Both the position numbers and the translations under genes were made by a program. Positions 10,987 to 21,180 of a DNA stretch of 62,956 nucleotides are shown here, piece after piece. Numbering within the stretch: the first letter of the stretch is position 1; the number at the start of each line of letters is the position of its first letter. The DNA is from Candidatus Daviesbacteria bacterium (GTDB taxonomy: Bacteria; Patescibacteriota; Microgenomatia; Daviesbacterales; UBA10151), in contig JACPKM010000002.1 in assembly GCA_016187025.1 (NCBI GenBank), forward strand, positions 1-62,956, in the 5' to 3' direction. Under the pieces are notes generated by a model. That model was not told where the DNA came from. It searched no databases and worked only from the letters and a program-made list of their open reading frames with translations.

Positions 10987-11751
10987 ATGATCTCGTGTAT
11001 TATTGTTAACTTAAATGAAGCAGAAAACTTAAAAAAGTGTTTGCAGTCTCTTGGAGATTTTGCAAAAGAAATTATAGTGGTTGATTTAGGGTCAACGGAT
11101 AATAGTTTAGAAGTAGCCAAAGATCATAATGCTACGGTTATAAATCATCACAGGGTAGATTATGTAGAGCTGGTAAGAAACTTTTCTATATCAAAAGCTA
11201 AATATGACTGGATATTAATACTAGATCCAGATGAGCAAATCCCATCACAACTTAAAAAGGTATTAGGAGATATTATAAAGGGGCAAGAATATAGTGCAGC
11301 AAACATTCCCAGAAAAAACATTTTTTTGGGTAAGTGGATTGCCCATACCAACTGGTGGCCTGATAGACATATCCGTTTTTTCAAGAAAGGTTCAGTTAAG
11401 TGGTCAGATAAAATTCACAGTTATCCTAAGGTGGAAGGAAAAGTATTTCAAGTGCCTGAAAAAGAGGAGTTGGCAATTGTACATTTAGGGTATGCAAATT
11501 TTTCTCAATTTATTAAAAGACAGAATAGGTATTCATCAATTGAGGCAGAGAACAGATACGGTAAAGGTATTAGAACTTCCCCGATTAATTTTTTTTGGTG
11601 GCCGACTAGAGAATTTTTAGTAAGATACATCAGACATAAGGGGTTTCTGGATGGGTTTTTAGGTTTTGCACTGGTTTTTTTGATGATGGTATATCAGCTG
11701 ACTGTTTTTGTAAAAATTTGGGAAATTAAAAAAACAAAACTAAAACAATAG
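10987..11751 (+). CDS. Glycosyltransferase family 2 (WaaE/KdtX-like)
   Basis: VVDLGSTD, RNFSI, LDPDE, WWPD, FLDGFLG motifs. Confidence 0.85.
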   Translation: MISCIIVNLNEAENLKKCLQSLGDFAKEIIVVDLGSTDNSLEVAKDHNATVINHHRVDYVELVRNFSISKAKYDWILILDPDEQIPSQLKKVLGDIIKGQEYSAANIPRKNIFLGKWIAHTNWWPDRHIRFFKKGSVKWSDKIHSYPKVEGKVFQVPEKEELAIVHLGYANFSQFIKRQNRYSSIEAENRYGKGIRTSPINFFWWPTREFLVRYIRHKGFLDGFLGFALVFLMMVYQLTVFVKIWEIKKTKLKQ

Positions 11752-11754
11752 CTC

Positions 11755-13176
11755 ATGATTTTTGTAATTATTACGGTAGCTTTTTTGATACGCTTGATTA
11801 GTATAAATCAAAGCTTATGGTTGGATGAGGCCATTATTGTTGAGCATTTAAAAAATATTTCGTTTTTCGATGCTATCTCAAAATATGCTATTGCAGATTT
11901 TCACCCACCAGGGTATGTAATTTTAATTTGGAGCTGGATTAGATTGTTTGGATCAAGTGAAATATCAGTAAGAATCCCATCAGTAATATTTGGGATAGGA
12001 ACAATAATATGTGTTTATTTAATAGGTTACAAGTTAGTCTCAACATGGTTTGGAGTATTATCATCGCTTTTTCTTGCAGTTAATCCGCTTCATGTTTACT
12101 ACAGTCAGGAAGCAAGAATGTATTCTTTTGCAGCATTTGATACCTCTTTAAATATGCTCTTTTTTATAAAACTTTTAAATAAGGAAAAGTATTCTTTTCT
12201 AGGCTTTATATTAAGTGGTATTTTGCTTTTAAGCTCTGATTATTTAGCAATTTTTATCATTTTTACTCAACTTGCTTTCCTAGTTTTGACAAAGCGTTAT
12301 TCCTTTGTTAAAAAATGGCTTCTTGGATTTTTAATTTCATCAGCTTTTTTAATTTGGTGGGTTCCCTTGCTTATAAAGCAATTTCAGCTGGGTTTAACAA
12401 CCGCAGAAAGAGTACCAGGATGGAAAGAAGTTGTCGGAGGTTTTGGCCTAAAGCCTGCAATTTTAACATATACAAAATTTATCATCGGCAGAGTTAGTAT
12501 TGATAACAATTTAATTTATGCCCTAGTTTTACTTCCTACCTGTTCAATCTTTTTATTCCTTTTAATAAAAAGCTTTTATACAACTTCAAAAGAAAAATAT
12601 ATTCTGCTTAGTTGGTTGTTTGTTCCGACACTCATTACCTGGCTCATATCAGCTTTTCTGCCTATATTTAGTTACTTTAGAATGCTGTTTGTTTTACCAG
12701 CTTTTTTGATGCTGATTGCTTTGGGAGCAGTTACATTAAAAAAAGCGTCAAGGAAAATATTTATTTTCCTGGTGTTACTTATCCAAATTACTTGTACTTT
12801 TATTTATTTATTAAGCCCCAACTTTCACAGAGAAGACTGGAAAGGTTTAATAACATTTATTGAACAACAACCAAATACTAAACTAGTTTTACTAGAGAAC
12901 ACATCTCCAGTTTCTCCAATTAACTATTATGCTGAGAATAGGCAAGTTTACAAGGGTGCCCTCAAAACTTTTCCTGCTTATAATAGTAATGATATTGTTG
13001 ATTTAGAAAAAGAGCTCCAGAATGTAGAAAAAACTTATCTTGTTGATTATTTGGTTGAAATCAGTGATCCTAATAGACAAGTTGCCAAAAAGCTTGAAAG
13101 CTTGGGATTTGTTAACACAAATACGTATAATTTCAATGGGGTAGGATTTGTATATGAATATGCAAAAAATAACTAA
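11755..13176 (+). CDS. GT-C membrane glycosyltransferase (PMT_2/ArnT-like, GT39/83)
   Basis: QSLWLDEA, DFHPPGY, FGSSEISVRIPS, HVYYSQEARMY. Confidence 0.8.
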   Translation: MIFVIITVAFLIRLISINQSLWLDEAIIVEHLKNISFFDAISKYAIADFHPPGYVILIWSWIRLFGSSEISVRIPSVIFGIGTIICVYLIGYKLVSTWFGVLSSLFLAVNPLHVYYSQEARMYSFAAFDTSLNMLFFIKLLNKEKYSFLGFILSGILLLSSDYLAIFIIFTQLAFLVLTKRYSFVKKWLLGFLISSAFLIWWVPLLIKQFQLGLTTAERVPGWKEVVGGFGLKPAILTYTKFIIGRVSIDNNLIYALVLLPTCSIFLFLLIKSFYTTSKEKYILLSWLFVPTLITWLISAFLPIFSYFRMLFVLPAFLMLIALGAVTLKKASRKIFIFLVLLIQITCTFIYLLSPNFHREDWKGLITFIEQQPNTKLVLLENTSPVSPINYYAENRQVYKGALKTFPAYNSNDIVDLEKELQNVEKTYLVDYLVEISDPNRQVAKKLESLGFVNTNTYNFNGVGFVYEYAKNN

Positions 13177-14551
13177 ACTAGCAAAAAATAACCTAGGGGT
13201 ATTTTTTTTGGCAGTTTTTTTGATAGTACATGCTCTTGTCTTACAAAGAATGATATTTTTCCCTTATCCAGAATTTTTTATTTATCCTTATTTAACAAAC
13301 AGCGGACTAAAGCCTTATAGCCAAATTTTAGATCAACATTTTCCCGGGCTAATGTTTTTGCCGATTAACTTTGATAATTTGGGTATGCACACAGAAAACC
13401 AGGCTCGGTTGTGGTTACTGGGACTGGTTATGCTTACTCATGTTTTATTATTTATTGTTTCAAGTAAGGTTTTTAAAAGTAGAACAAAAGCACTATTTGT
13501 AAATTTTCTTTATCTTGTATGGCAGCCTTTTTTTGAGGGTTGGGTTTTTTGGATTGATAATTTTATCCCACTTTTTACCCTTTCTAGTTTTTATTTTACC
13601 TATAAATATATAAATGAAAATCCAGCAAAAAAATATCTAGTACTGGGTGGATTGGCACTTGGAATTGGAGTTGTATTCAAACAAACGGTCATTCCTTTGT
13701 CAGGACTACTATTTTTGTATTTATTGTGGCAAACAAGATCAATAAAAAATGCAACTTACTATTTGGTAGGGTTGTTGATCCCTACCGGTTTGATGGCTGC
13801 ATACTATGTTAAACAAAATACATTTTATGAGTTTTGGTATTGGACAATTATTTTTAATTTGACAGTATATTCAAAAATAGGATTGCATGTAGACAGACCC
13901 TTAGGATATTTTACAAGAGTAGGACTGGTATTTGGGTCATCTGTTTTTGCCTTACTTTCAAAAAAGAAAAGAGAAGTAGGTCTTTTAATGGTATTTTTGC
14001 TTGGATCCTTATTCGGAGCTTTCGATAGGTTGGACTTTGTGCACTTACAACCAGCTTTACCCTTTGCAATTATTGCAACAGCAATGGGATTTGAAGCAAT
14101 ATTTAAGCGTAAATTAATAAACGTTTTCATTATGCTTTATTGCTTTGTTACTGTTTGGTGGCTAGGGGTTTTTTATAAAGGTCATATTTCTGACAGGGTA
14201 CTTTTTTTTGATAGCCAGACCAAAACTATTTCAGAAATAGTCAAAAAAAACATTAAACCAAAAGAGCGAATTTTTGTTTTTGGTGCAGCTCCACATCTTT
14301 ACCAAATGTCAAATTCTTTACCTGCTGGTGATATTTTCGTTTTTCCATTCCCTTGGTTTACAATAGTTTCAGAGGATAGAATACTTGAGGGCTTGAAAAA
14401 AGACACCCCAAATATTGTGGTATATGACTCTTCACCAAAATTTAATAATTTAAAGATAACTAAGTACATGAGCAAAATAAATGAATATATCTTAAAAAAT
14501 TATAGACCTGCTGAAAGTGTAGGAAGTGTTCAAATTATGAAAAAAATTTAA
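13154..14551 (+). CDS. GT-C-type multi-TM glycosyltransferase
   Basis: About 11 TM; loop-1 PYSQILDQHFPG, FKQT motif, C-terminal soluble domain. ATG at 13154 or 13160 preferred over TTG at 13148. Confidence 0.65.
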   Translation: MNMQKITKLAKNNLGVFFLAVFLIVHALVLQRMIFFPYPEFFIYPYLTNSGLKPYSQILDQHFPGLMFLPINFDNLGMHTENQARLWLLGLVMLTHVLLFIVSSKVFKSRTKALFVNFLYLVWQPFFEGWVFWIDNFIPLFTLSSFYFTYKYINENPAKKYLVLGGLALGIGVVFKQTVIPLSGLLFLYLLWQTRSIKNATYYLVGLLIPTGLMAAYYVKQNTFYEFWYWTIIFNLTVYSKIGLHVDRPLGYFTRVGLVFGSSVFALLSKKKREVGLLMVFLLGSLFGAFDRLDFVHLQPALPFAIIATAMGFEAIFKRKLINVFIMLYCFVTVWWLGVFYKGHISDRVLFFDSQTKTISEIVKKNIKPKERIFVFGAAPHLYQMSNSLPAGDIFVFPFPWFTIVSEDRILEGLKKDTPNIVVYDSSPKFNNLKITKYMSKINEYILKNYRPAESVGSVQIMKKI

Positions 14552-14592
14552 CTTCCCTTTCATTTTCTAATCTAAAACCTTAAAATTATCTT

Positions 14593-15606
14593 ATGCGAGT
14601 TGGAATGGATATATCTCAAATAGCTCACGGGGGTGGAGTGTCAGTCTATACTGAGTGTTTAGTTAGAGAGTTGCTAAAACACAAAGCTTTCGATTACACC
14701 TTTTTCTACTCATCTTTTAGAAAACCATTAAAGGTAAGAATTCCATACGTTAAAAAATACATGCTGCCCCCGTCTATTTTTGAACTACTGTTTAATAAAA
14801 TAAGAAATGTAAAAATTGAAAAATTCCTAGGCTCCCTTGATGTTTTCCATAGCTCCGATTGGGTGCAACCCCCCACTGATGCTAAAAAAGTTACCACCTA
14901 TCATGATGTAATTCCTCTGAAGTTTCCCGAATGGTCCCATCCGAAAATTGTTGAGGTTCATAAAAAGAGAATCAAGTTGGTAGAAGAAGAAATTGATGTT
15001 GTCATAGCAGTGTCTCAGGCTACAAAAAGAGATTTAATGGAAGTTTCTAAAATACCATCAGAAAAGATCGAAGTAATTTACGAAGGTGTGAGGGAAGATA
15101 TGAAACCTCAGGATGGTGAAAAAGTAACAAAATTTAAGGAAAAGTATAATTTACCTGAAAAATTTATTTTAGCAATTGGTGGTATTGGTGAAAGAAAAAA
15201 TATTCAAAGAATTAAAGAGGCTGCAAATGGATACAACCTAGTAATTTCTGGAGAGACTATACCTTGGGTGAAAGATAGTGAACTGCCTTTGCTATATTCA
15301 TCAGCCAGCGTGTTGCTTTACCCGTCTTTGTATGAAGGGTTTGGATTGCCGATTGTAGAGGCTATGGCCTGTGGTGTTCCAGTCGTTACTTCTGATAGTT
15401 CTTCGATGCCAGAGGTTGGAGGAGATGCAGCAGTTTATGTTGATCCTTTTAATGTTGAAGATATAAAAGAAAAGTTAAACGAGGTATTAAATGATGCTAA
15501 AATGAGAGATCAGCTTATCAAAAAAGGAGTTGAAAGAGCAAAACAATTTAGTTGGGAAAAGTGTGCTGCTCAAACAGAAGAAATATATAAAGGATTAAGC
15601 AAGTGA
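14593..15606 (+). CDS. Glycosyltransferase family 4
   Basis: YEGFGLPIVEAMACG, QFSWEKCA. Confidence 0.9.
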   Translation: MRVGMDISQIAHGGGVSVYTECLVRELLKHKAFDYTFFYSSFRKPLKVRIPYVKKYMLPPSIFELLFNKIRNVKIEKFLGSLDVFHSSDWVQPPTDAKKVTTYHDVIPLKFPEWSHPKIVEVHKKRIKLVEEEIDVVIAVSQATKRDLMEVSKIPSEKIEVIYEGVREDMKPQDGEKVTKFKEKYNLPEKFILAIGGIGERKNIQRIKEAANGYNLVISGETIPWVKDSELPLLYSSASVLLYPSLYEGFGLPIVEAMACGVPVVTSDSSSMPEVGGDAAVYVDPFNVEDIKEKLNEVLNDAKMRDQLIKKGVERAKQFSWEKCAAQTEEIYKGLSK

Positions 15607-16772
15607 AAATTTGGATTGATGCAAAGGAAGCAAACGTAAGACAGCGACTTGGGTCTTCTCAGGTGGCCTTTGGTTTGCTACAAGCCTTTGAAAAAATTGA
15701 TCACGGCAACGAATACACAATAGTAATTCCTTCTGCTCCCTTAGAAGATTTTCCTAAACAAAGAAATAACTGGAGTTATAAATTATTAAGGCCAAGCAAA
15801 CTATGGACAAGAATTGCATTGCCGATAAGTTTGTATACATCCAAACAAAAGCCTGACCTAATCTTTTCTCCTACTCACTATATTCCTAGATTCTCACCAG
15901 TTAAAAGAGTAGTTACCATTTTTGATTTAGGATTTTTGCATTTTCCAGAGACATTTAAAAAAAGGGATCTTTGGCAGCTGAAAAATTGGACTAAATTTTC
16001 AGCAGAATTTGCAGATCATATCATCACCATTTCTAACTCTTCTGCAAAAGATATCGTTAAAACATACGGTGTTAGAAAAGATAAGATAACAGTTGCATAT
16101 CCTGGATATGATAAAAACATTTTTAGTAGAAATGATGAGCTGCAAAAAAGTGGACAGGTTTTAAAAAAATATGGTATTGATGGTCAATTCATCATATATG
16201 TAGGAACAATACAACCAAGGAAAAACCTAGTGAGATTAATGGAGGCTTTTTCAAGAATTGAGAATCTTAAGCTTGTTATAGTAGGAAAAACCAAGGGTTT
16301 AGGAAGAGCAGGCTGGAAATATGAGGAAACTCTTATAACCCCCCAAAGGCTAGGAATAGAGGATAAGGTTATATTTACAGGATTTATACCCACTGAAGAG
16401 TTGCCGTTTTTAATATCTAATGCTGTTGCAATGATTCAGCCTTCGCTATGGGAAGGGTTTGGGATTCCGGTTTTAGAATCAATGGCCTGTGGCACACCTG
16501 TATTAGTATCTAATCTCTCATCTCTTCCTGAAATTGTGGGAGATGCCGGTTTAACATTTGATCCATACTCAACAGACCAGATGGAACAAGCCATCAGAAC
16601 AATCTCAACAGATAAAAAAATTAGGCAATCTTTATCAAAAAAAGGTTTAGAGCAAGTGAAGAAATTCTCTTGGGATAATATGGCAAAAATAGTATTGAAA
16701 GTATTTAAGGCGGTGACCACAGGTCATCCTGAGTATAATCGAAGGACGAAGGGAATCGAAGGATCTCTATGA
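15603..16772 (+). CDS. Glycosyltransferase family 4 with repeat-derived C-terminal tail
   Basis: PRKNL, WEGFGIPVLESMACG; the last ~16 aa (GHPEYNRRTKGIEGSL) are encoded by a REP-like element. Confidence 0.9.
   Translation: MKIWIDAKEANVRQRLGSSQVAFGLLQAFEKIDHGNEYTIVIPSAPLEDFPKQRNNWSYKLLRPSKLWTRIALPISLYTSKQKPDLIFSPTHYIPRFSPVKRVVTIFDLGFLHFPETFKKRDLWQLKNWTKFSAEFADHIITISNSSAKDIVKTYGVRKDKITVAYPGYDKNIFSRNDELQKSGQVLKKYGIDGQFIIYVGTIQPRKNLVRLMEAFSRIENLKLVIVGKTKGLGRAGWKYEETLITPQRLGIEDKVIFTGFIPTEELPFLISNAVAMIQPSLWEGFGIPVLESMACGTPVLVSNLSSLPEIVGDAGLTFDPYSTDQMEQAIRTISTDKKIRQSLSKKGLEQVKKFSWDNMAKIVLKVFKAVTTGHPEYNRRTKGIEGSL
16723..16767 (+). repeat. REP-like element (GTCATCCTGAG...CGAAGGATCTC type)
   Basis: ATCCTGAGTATAATCGAAGGA matches 61991-62011 at 19/21; three CGAAGG units. 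Confidence 0.7.
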
Positions 16773-17686
16773 ATGTTTCAATTGTTATCCCTAACTGGAA
16801 TGGAGCTGAAAAATTACAAAAACATTTACCTGCTGTTTTGAAATCGGCAAGACATAGCACTGTTGCAGAGATTATAGTAGTTGACGATAAGTCAACTGAT
16901 CAAAGTGTTGAAATAATAAAAAGGGATTTTCCAGATGTTAAACTGGTTCAAAAAGACAAAAACACAGGTTTTTCTTCTAATGTTAATTTAGGAGTTAAAA
17001 GCTCAAGCGGTGATTTTATTGTACTGCTAAACTCTGATGTTAGTCCAGAGGAAAATTTTTTAGATGAGGCGTTACCTCATTTTAAAGATCAAAAAGTTTT
17101 CGCTGTTGGATGTAACAGCGGAGGAGGGTGGTCCAGAGCTGAATTTAGGAATGGCTTCTTTTGGCATAGCCAGGTAGACAGTGTTGATAAGGAGGAGTCT
17201 CACCAGACTCTGTGGGTGTCAGGAGGAAGTGGGATATTTAGAAAAAGTATCTGGGAAGAACTTCAGGGGCTAGATAATTTATTTGATCCTTTTTATGAAG
17301 AGGATTTAGACTTAGGTTATAGAGCAACCAAGAGGGGTTATATTAACATCTGGGAGCCTAAGAGCAGGGTTGAGCATTATCACCAAGGTGTTACCTCCGG
17401 TAAGAAAGAGGTAGGAGTAATCAAAAAGCACTTTTCATCTGAAAAGATTGCCAGGATCGCCCAAAGGAATCAGCTAATATTTACCTGGAAAAATATTACA
17501 AGTTCTATACTAACTGCAGAACATAAAAAGGCTTTAGGTTTAATGCTTATCAAGCATCCAAAATACTGGCAAGTTTTTCTTTCGGCACTGGTCACATTAC
17601 CCCAAATATTAGAAAAAAGAAAAGTAGAGGAAAGAGAGGCAAAATTAACCGATGAAGAGGTTTTGAGTATGTTTAGTAGTTTTTAG
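16769..17686 (+). CDS. Glycosyltransferase family 2
   Basis: IPNWNG, VDDKSTD, LLNSD, YEEDLDLGYR. Confidence 0.9.
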   Translation: MNVSIVIPNWNGAEKLQKHLPAVLKSARHSTVAEIIVVDDKSTDQSVEIIKRDFPDVKLVQKDKNTGFSSNVNLGVKSSSGDFIVLLNSDVSPEENFLDEALPHFKDQKVFAVGCNSGGGWSRAEFRNGFFWHSQVDSVDKEESHQTLWVSGGSGIFRKSIWEELQGLDNLFDPFYEEDLDLGYRATKRGYINIWEPKSRVEHYHQGVTSGKKEVGVIKKHFSSEKIARIAQRNQLIFTWKNITSSILTAEHKKALGLMLIKHPKYWQVFLSALVTLPQILEKRKVEEREAKLTDEEVLSMFSSF

Positions 17687-17687
17687 G

Positions 17688-17696
17688 TGATATACT
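17688..17696 (+). promoter_or_regulatory. Extended -10 internal promoter (leaderless)
   Basis: TGATATACT, 6 nt before ATG 17703. Confidence 0.6.
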
Positions 17697-17702
17697 TTTA
17701 TT

Positions 17703-18353
17703 ATGTTATTTGTAGAGCATATTCGTTTAAGATTTAGGAAGGGATTACCAAATATTGTTATTCAGGATAAAAACGGGCAAGTACTAAGTTTTTCTCAGGC
17801 TTTAAGCAAGGTTGTTAATAGGTTTTTTAATTACATACTTGATCTTGAGATTTTTATTATTAGGCTTTCTGGGTTAGTACCGATTTATTCTTTCAGATGG
17901 ATAGTTTATATTTTAGCTGGAGTTGAAATTGGCCGCGGATCCCACTTCCATATGGGTACCCAGTTTTTCAATCCTGCCAATGTAAAAATTGGCAGAGATA
18001 GCATCATCGGCCAGAATACATTCTTAGATGGAAGAGATAAGTTAATTATCGGAGATCATGTTGACATCGCATCAGATGTTATGGTCTACAACAGTGAGCA
18101 TGATATCCACTCAGAAGATTTTATGCCGATTAGTGCTCCGGTTGAGATTGGGGACTATGTTTTTATTGGTCCCAGGTCAATTATCTTACCAGGTGTTAAA
18201 ATAGGCAAAGGGGCAGTTGTTGGTGCGGGTGCGGTAGTTACCAAGGATGTTCCTCCATTTGCTATTGTAGGAGGAGTTCCTGCAAGGGTAATTGGAAACA
18301 GAGCCATTAAAGACCTGCGTTATAAGCTTGGTAGGGCTAGACTATTTCAATGA
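17703..18353 (+). CDS. Hexapeptide-repeat (LbH) acyltransferase
   Basis: IGDYVFIGPRSIILPGVKIGKGAVVGAGAVVTKDVPPFAIVGGVPARVI. Confidence 0.9.
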   Translation: MLFVEHIRLRFRKGLPNIVIQDKNGQVLSFSQALSKVVNRFFNYILDLEIFIIRLSGLVPIYSFRWIVYILAGVEIGRGSHFHMGTQFFNPANVKIGRDSIIGQNTFLDGRDKLIIGDHVDIASDVMVYNSEHDIHSEDFMPISAPVEIGDYVFIGPRSIILPGVKIGKGAVVGAGAVVTKDVPPFAIVGGVPARVIGNRAIKDLRYKLGRARLFQ

Positions 18354-18904
18354 AAGTATTTTTTATCTCCTTTTCATTAGTTCTCCTTTTGTATATGGTT
18401 ATTCCAGGGCCAACGAAAGTTTCAGATTTTGCTCACCTGCCAGACTCTATTAAATCTGATCTTGAAGGTGATACTATTCAGATTCCAAATGTATCAGCAT
18501 ATTTTTCAAATAACTTTAGAGATTATTCAACAAACTTTTATAGGAAAGAGTATAAAAGTAATACCTGGTTACCAATCCTGCCTTTAAGGCTCAATCATCC
18601 TCCGGAGTTTGCTTTTACTGCAATCAAAAAGCACACTGATAGCACATATCTTGAAGAGTTTGTTTATCCTTTGCGTGATTCTTTATATGTGAATGGTTTA
18701 GAGCCATTTTACGAGAATGGAGATCCAAGATATCCAGGTGCTACTCAATTTGACGCTGGAGGAAAATCCTTATACACTAAAGTTACACTGCGCTATTATC
18801 CTTCGGCATTGTGGGTGAAATTGCTAGTATGGGTGGGAATAATGTCTTCTATTTATTTACTTTGGCATACAGGGAAAAGGGTATTATATGAAGACAGATC
18901 TTAG
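18350..18904 (+). CDS. Hypothetical membrane protein in glycan locus
   Basis: N- and C-terminal hydrophobic segments; ATGA overlap with the upstream gene and overlap with the downstream gene. Confidence 0.7.
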   Translation: MKVFFISFSLVLLLYMVIPGPTKVSDFAHLPDSIKSDLEGDTIQIPNVSAYFSNNFRDYSTNFYRKEYKSNTWLPILPLRLNHPPEFAFTAIKKHTDSTYLEEFVYPLRDSLYVNGLEPFYENGDPRYPGATQFDAGGKSLYTKVTLRYYPSALWVKLLVWVGIMSSIYLLWHTGKRVLYEDRS

Positions 18905-19778
18905 TTTATCTATTATCAACTATAAAACTAGGCAGTTAACCCAAAAGTGCCTAGAAAGTATTTTTAACAAAAAGTGGAAGGTGGATTATGAGGTGTGGGT
19001 ACTAGACAATGCTTCAAACGATGGATCAGTGGAATATTTAAAAAATAAGTTTCCTCAGACAGAAATTGTCAGCAATGATAAAAATGTCGGTTTTGCCCAA
19101 GGACATAATTTGATTTTAGAAAAGATCACAACCAAATATGTACTAATCCTTAACTCAGATACTGAGGTTTCTGATGGGGTTTTGGATAACATGTATAAGT
19201 TTATGGAGCAAAATCCTCAAGTAGGAATTGCAAGTTGTAAAATCTTAGGATTTGATAACAGATTGCAACCAAATGGTGGTGATTTACCTTTTGGAATAGC
19301 ATTAGTGTCGTGGTTGTTGAACCTGGAAAGCTTTTTTAAAAATTTGCCAAATTTTCACAGACAAGAGAGCGATTACTATCAGCAGATCCATGAGGTAGGA
19401 TGGGTTTCAGGCAACTTTATGATAGCAAGAGTAGATGTTTTGAGATCAGTTGGACTTTTTGCTAAAGACTATTTTATGTATTTTGAGGATGTGGATTTGT
19501 GCTTTAAAGTTCGAAAAGCAGGATATAAAGTTATGATCAATCCTCAACTATCAATTAGACATCTTTCAGGTGGTAGCGCTGATGATCCTAAATTCAGACA
19601 GTGGGCAGGAGAATATAAAGGGCTATTAACATTTTATAAAAACCATTACGGAGAGGGGGTAAGTTTACTATTAAAATTGGTTATACAATTGACTACAATA
19701 TTAAGAATAATAGCTTTTGCTATTGTGGGAAAATTTGATTATTCTAAAACATATGTCAAAGTTATCAGTAATATTTGA
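18888..19778 (+). CDS. Glycosyltransferase family 2 (WbbL-like)
   Basis: DNASNDGS, NVGFAQGHN, LNSD, YFMYFEDVDLC. Confidence 0.9.
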   Translation: MKTDLSLSIINYKTRQLTQKCLESIFNKKWKVDYEVWVLDNASNDGSVEYLKNKFPQTEIVSNDKNVGFAQGHNLILEKITTKYVLILNSDTEVSDGVLDNMYKFMEQNPQVGIASCKILGFDNRLQPNGGDLPFGIALVSWLLNLESFFKNLPNFHRQESDYYQQIHEVGWVSGNFMIARVDVLRSVGLFAKDYFMYFEDVDLCFKVRKAGYKVMINPQLSIRHLSGGSADDPKFRQWAGEYKGLLTFYKNHYGEGVSLLLKLVIQLTTILRIIAFAIVGKFDYSKTYVKVISNI

Positions 19779-21180
19779 AAAAATACTATTTATATTAATA
19801 GTTTTTCTATTTGGTTTTATCCCTTTGTATCCAAAATTCCCCTTGGAAAATATTCCAGGAACTTTTGTAGCAATAAGATTAGAAGATTTATTTATTGCTT
19901 TAGCAGTTGTAATTTGGTCAGTTCTTATTAGTCTAAAAAAAGAGTGGAAAAAAGTTATCTCAGATAAAATTAATATTGCCTTGTTTACCTTTTTCTTTGT
20001 AGGGCTTGTCTCTTTACTCTCTGGTATTTTTCTTACCCAATCTGTAACTGAATGGCATTTGGGACTGCTTCATTACTTTAGACGCATAGAATTTATGATC
20101 CTGCTTCCAATAGTATTTACAGTTATAAACAATAAAAAAAGATTACTAATAATACTGGCTGTAATATCTTTGACAGTGCTAAGCGTAAACATCTACGCTT
20201 TGGGGCAAAAGTATCTAAACTGGCCTGTTATATCAACAACTAATTCTGAATTTTCTAAGGGCTTAATTTTATATCTTACTCCTGGTGCAAGGGTTAATTC
20301 CACCTTTGCTGGTCATTATGATTTAGCTGTTTTTCTGATGATGTTTTTGATAATGGTAACTGGATTATTTTTCTCATTCAAAAACTTTATTTTAAAAGCC
20401 TGGATGCTTTTACTGTCTGGTTTGTCTACCTTAGTGCTGATTATGACAGCAGCAAGGGTTTCTTTTGTAACCGCTTTAATTGGTATCATTTTAACCCTAA
20501 TGTTTGCACACAAAAATAAATTTGTCGTGATAATAGTAATTTTTGGAATATTAGCTATGGTTTATCCATCACAGCTAAGGGATAGGCTAATTTCGACCGT
20601 AACTGTTAATTTACTGGAACAGGGGCAAAGGTATGTTCCGACCAATGAAAAACAGACTATAAGAAATAGATTAAATATACCTACTTTAGCAACCCCTGAT
20701 TCTACAGATTCTGCATGGACTAGCATACCAAGGTCCACAGATTCTGCAACTACTGCCTCAGATATAACTCCCGGAGAGCCGGTTGATAGTACTGATTTGG
20801 CTGTTTATAGATCTTTTGGAATTAGATTCAATATTGAATGGCCAAGGGCACTAAATGCCTTTTCTAAAAATCCCTTTCTGGGAACAGGTTATTCATCTTT
20901 AGGGCTTGCAACAGACAATGATATTTTAAGATCTTTGGGTGAAGTAGGGCTTTTAGGAACTATTGCATTTGCACTAATTTTAGTTGGTGTATTTAAAAAA
21001 GTTTTCAGGAGTATAAAAAACTCGGATGGGTTAATCAGATATTTTGCATGTGGTGTGCTTGCGCTGATAATAGCTTTTATATTAAACGGGTTATTTATTG
21101 ATGTTTTTGAAGCCTCAAAAGTTACAGCTGTGTTTTGGATGGTGTTGGGTCTTGCAATATCTATTGAGAAAACAAAATGA
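19753..21180 (+). CDS. O-antigen ligase/polymerase family (Wzy_C) membrane protein
   Basis: RVNSTFAGH, TAARVS, RFNIEW, PFLGTG, DNDILRSLGEVGLLG. ATG at 19753 preferred. Confidence 0.8.
   Translation: MSKLSVIFEKILFILIVFLFGFIPLYPKFPLENIPGTFVAIRLEDLFIALAVVIWSVLISLKKEWKKVISDKINIALFTFFFVGLVSLLSGIFLTQSVTEWHLGLLHYFRRIEFMILLPIVFTVINNKKRLLIILAVISLTVLSVNIYALGQKYLNWPVISTTNSEFSKGLILYLTPGARVNSTFAGHYDLAVFLMMFLIMVTGLFFSFKNFILKAWMLLLSGLSTLVLIMTAARVSFVTALIGIILTLMFAHKNKFVVIIVIFGILAMVYPSQLRDRLISTVTVNLLEQGQRYVPTNEKQTIRNRLNIPTLATPDSTDSAWTSIPRSTDSATTASDITPGEPVDSTDLAVYRSFGIRFNIEWPRALNAFSKNPFLGTGYSSLGLATDNDILRSLGEVGLLGTIAFALILVGVFKKVFRSIKNSDGLIRYFACGVLALIIAFILNGLFIDVFEASKVTAVFWMVLGLAISIEKTK

Noticed and set aside
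4507-13209. (AAC)4 near 4510 and T8/G6 homopolymers in glycan genes as phase-variation tracts
   Set aside because: These lengths are expected in an AT-rich genome, and all reading frames are intact.
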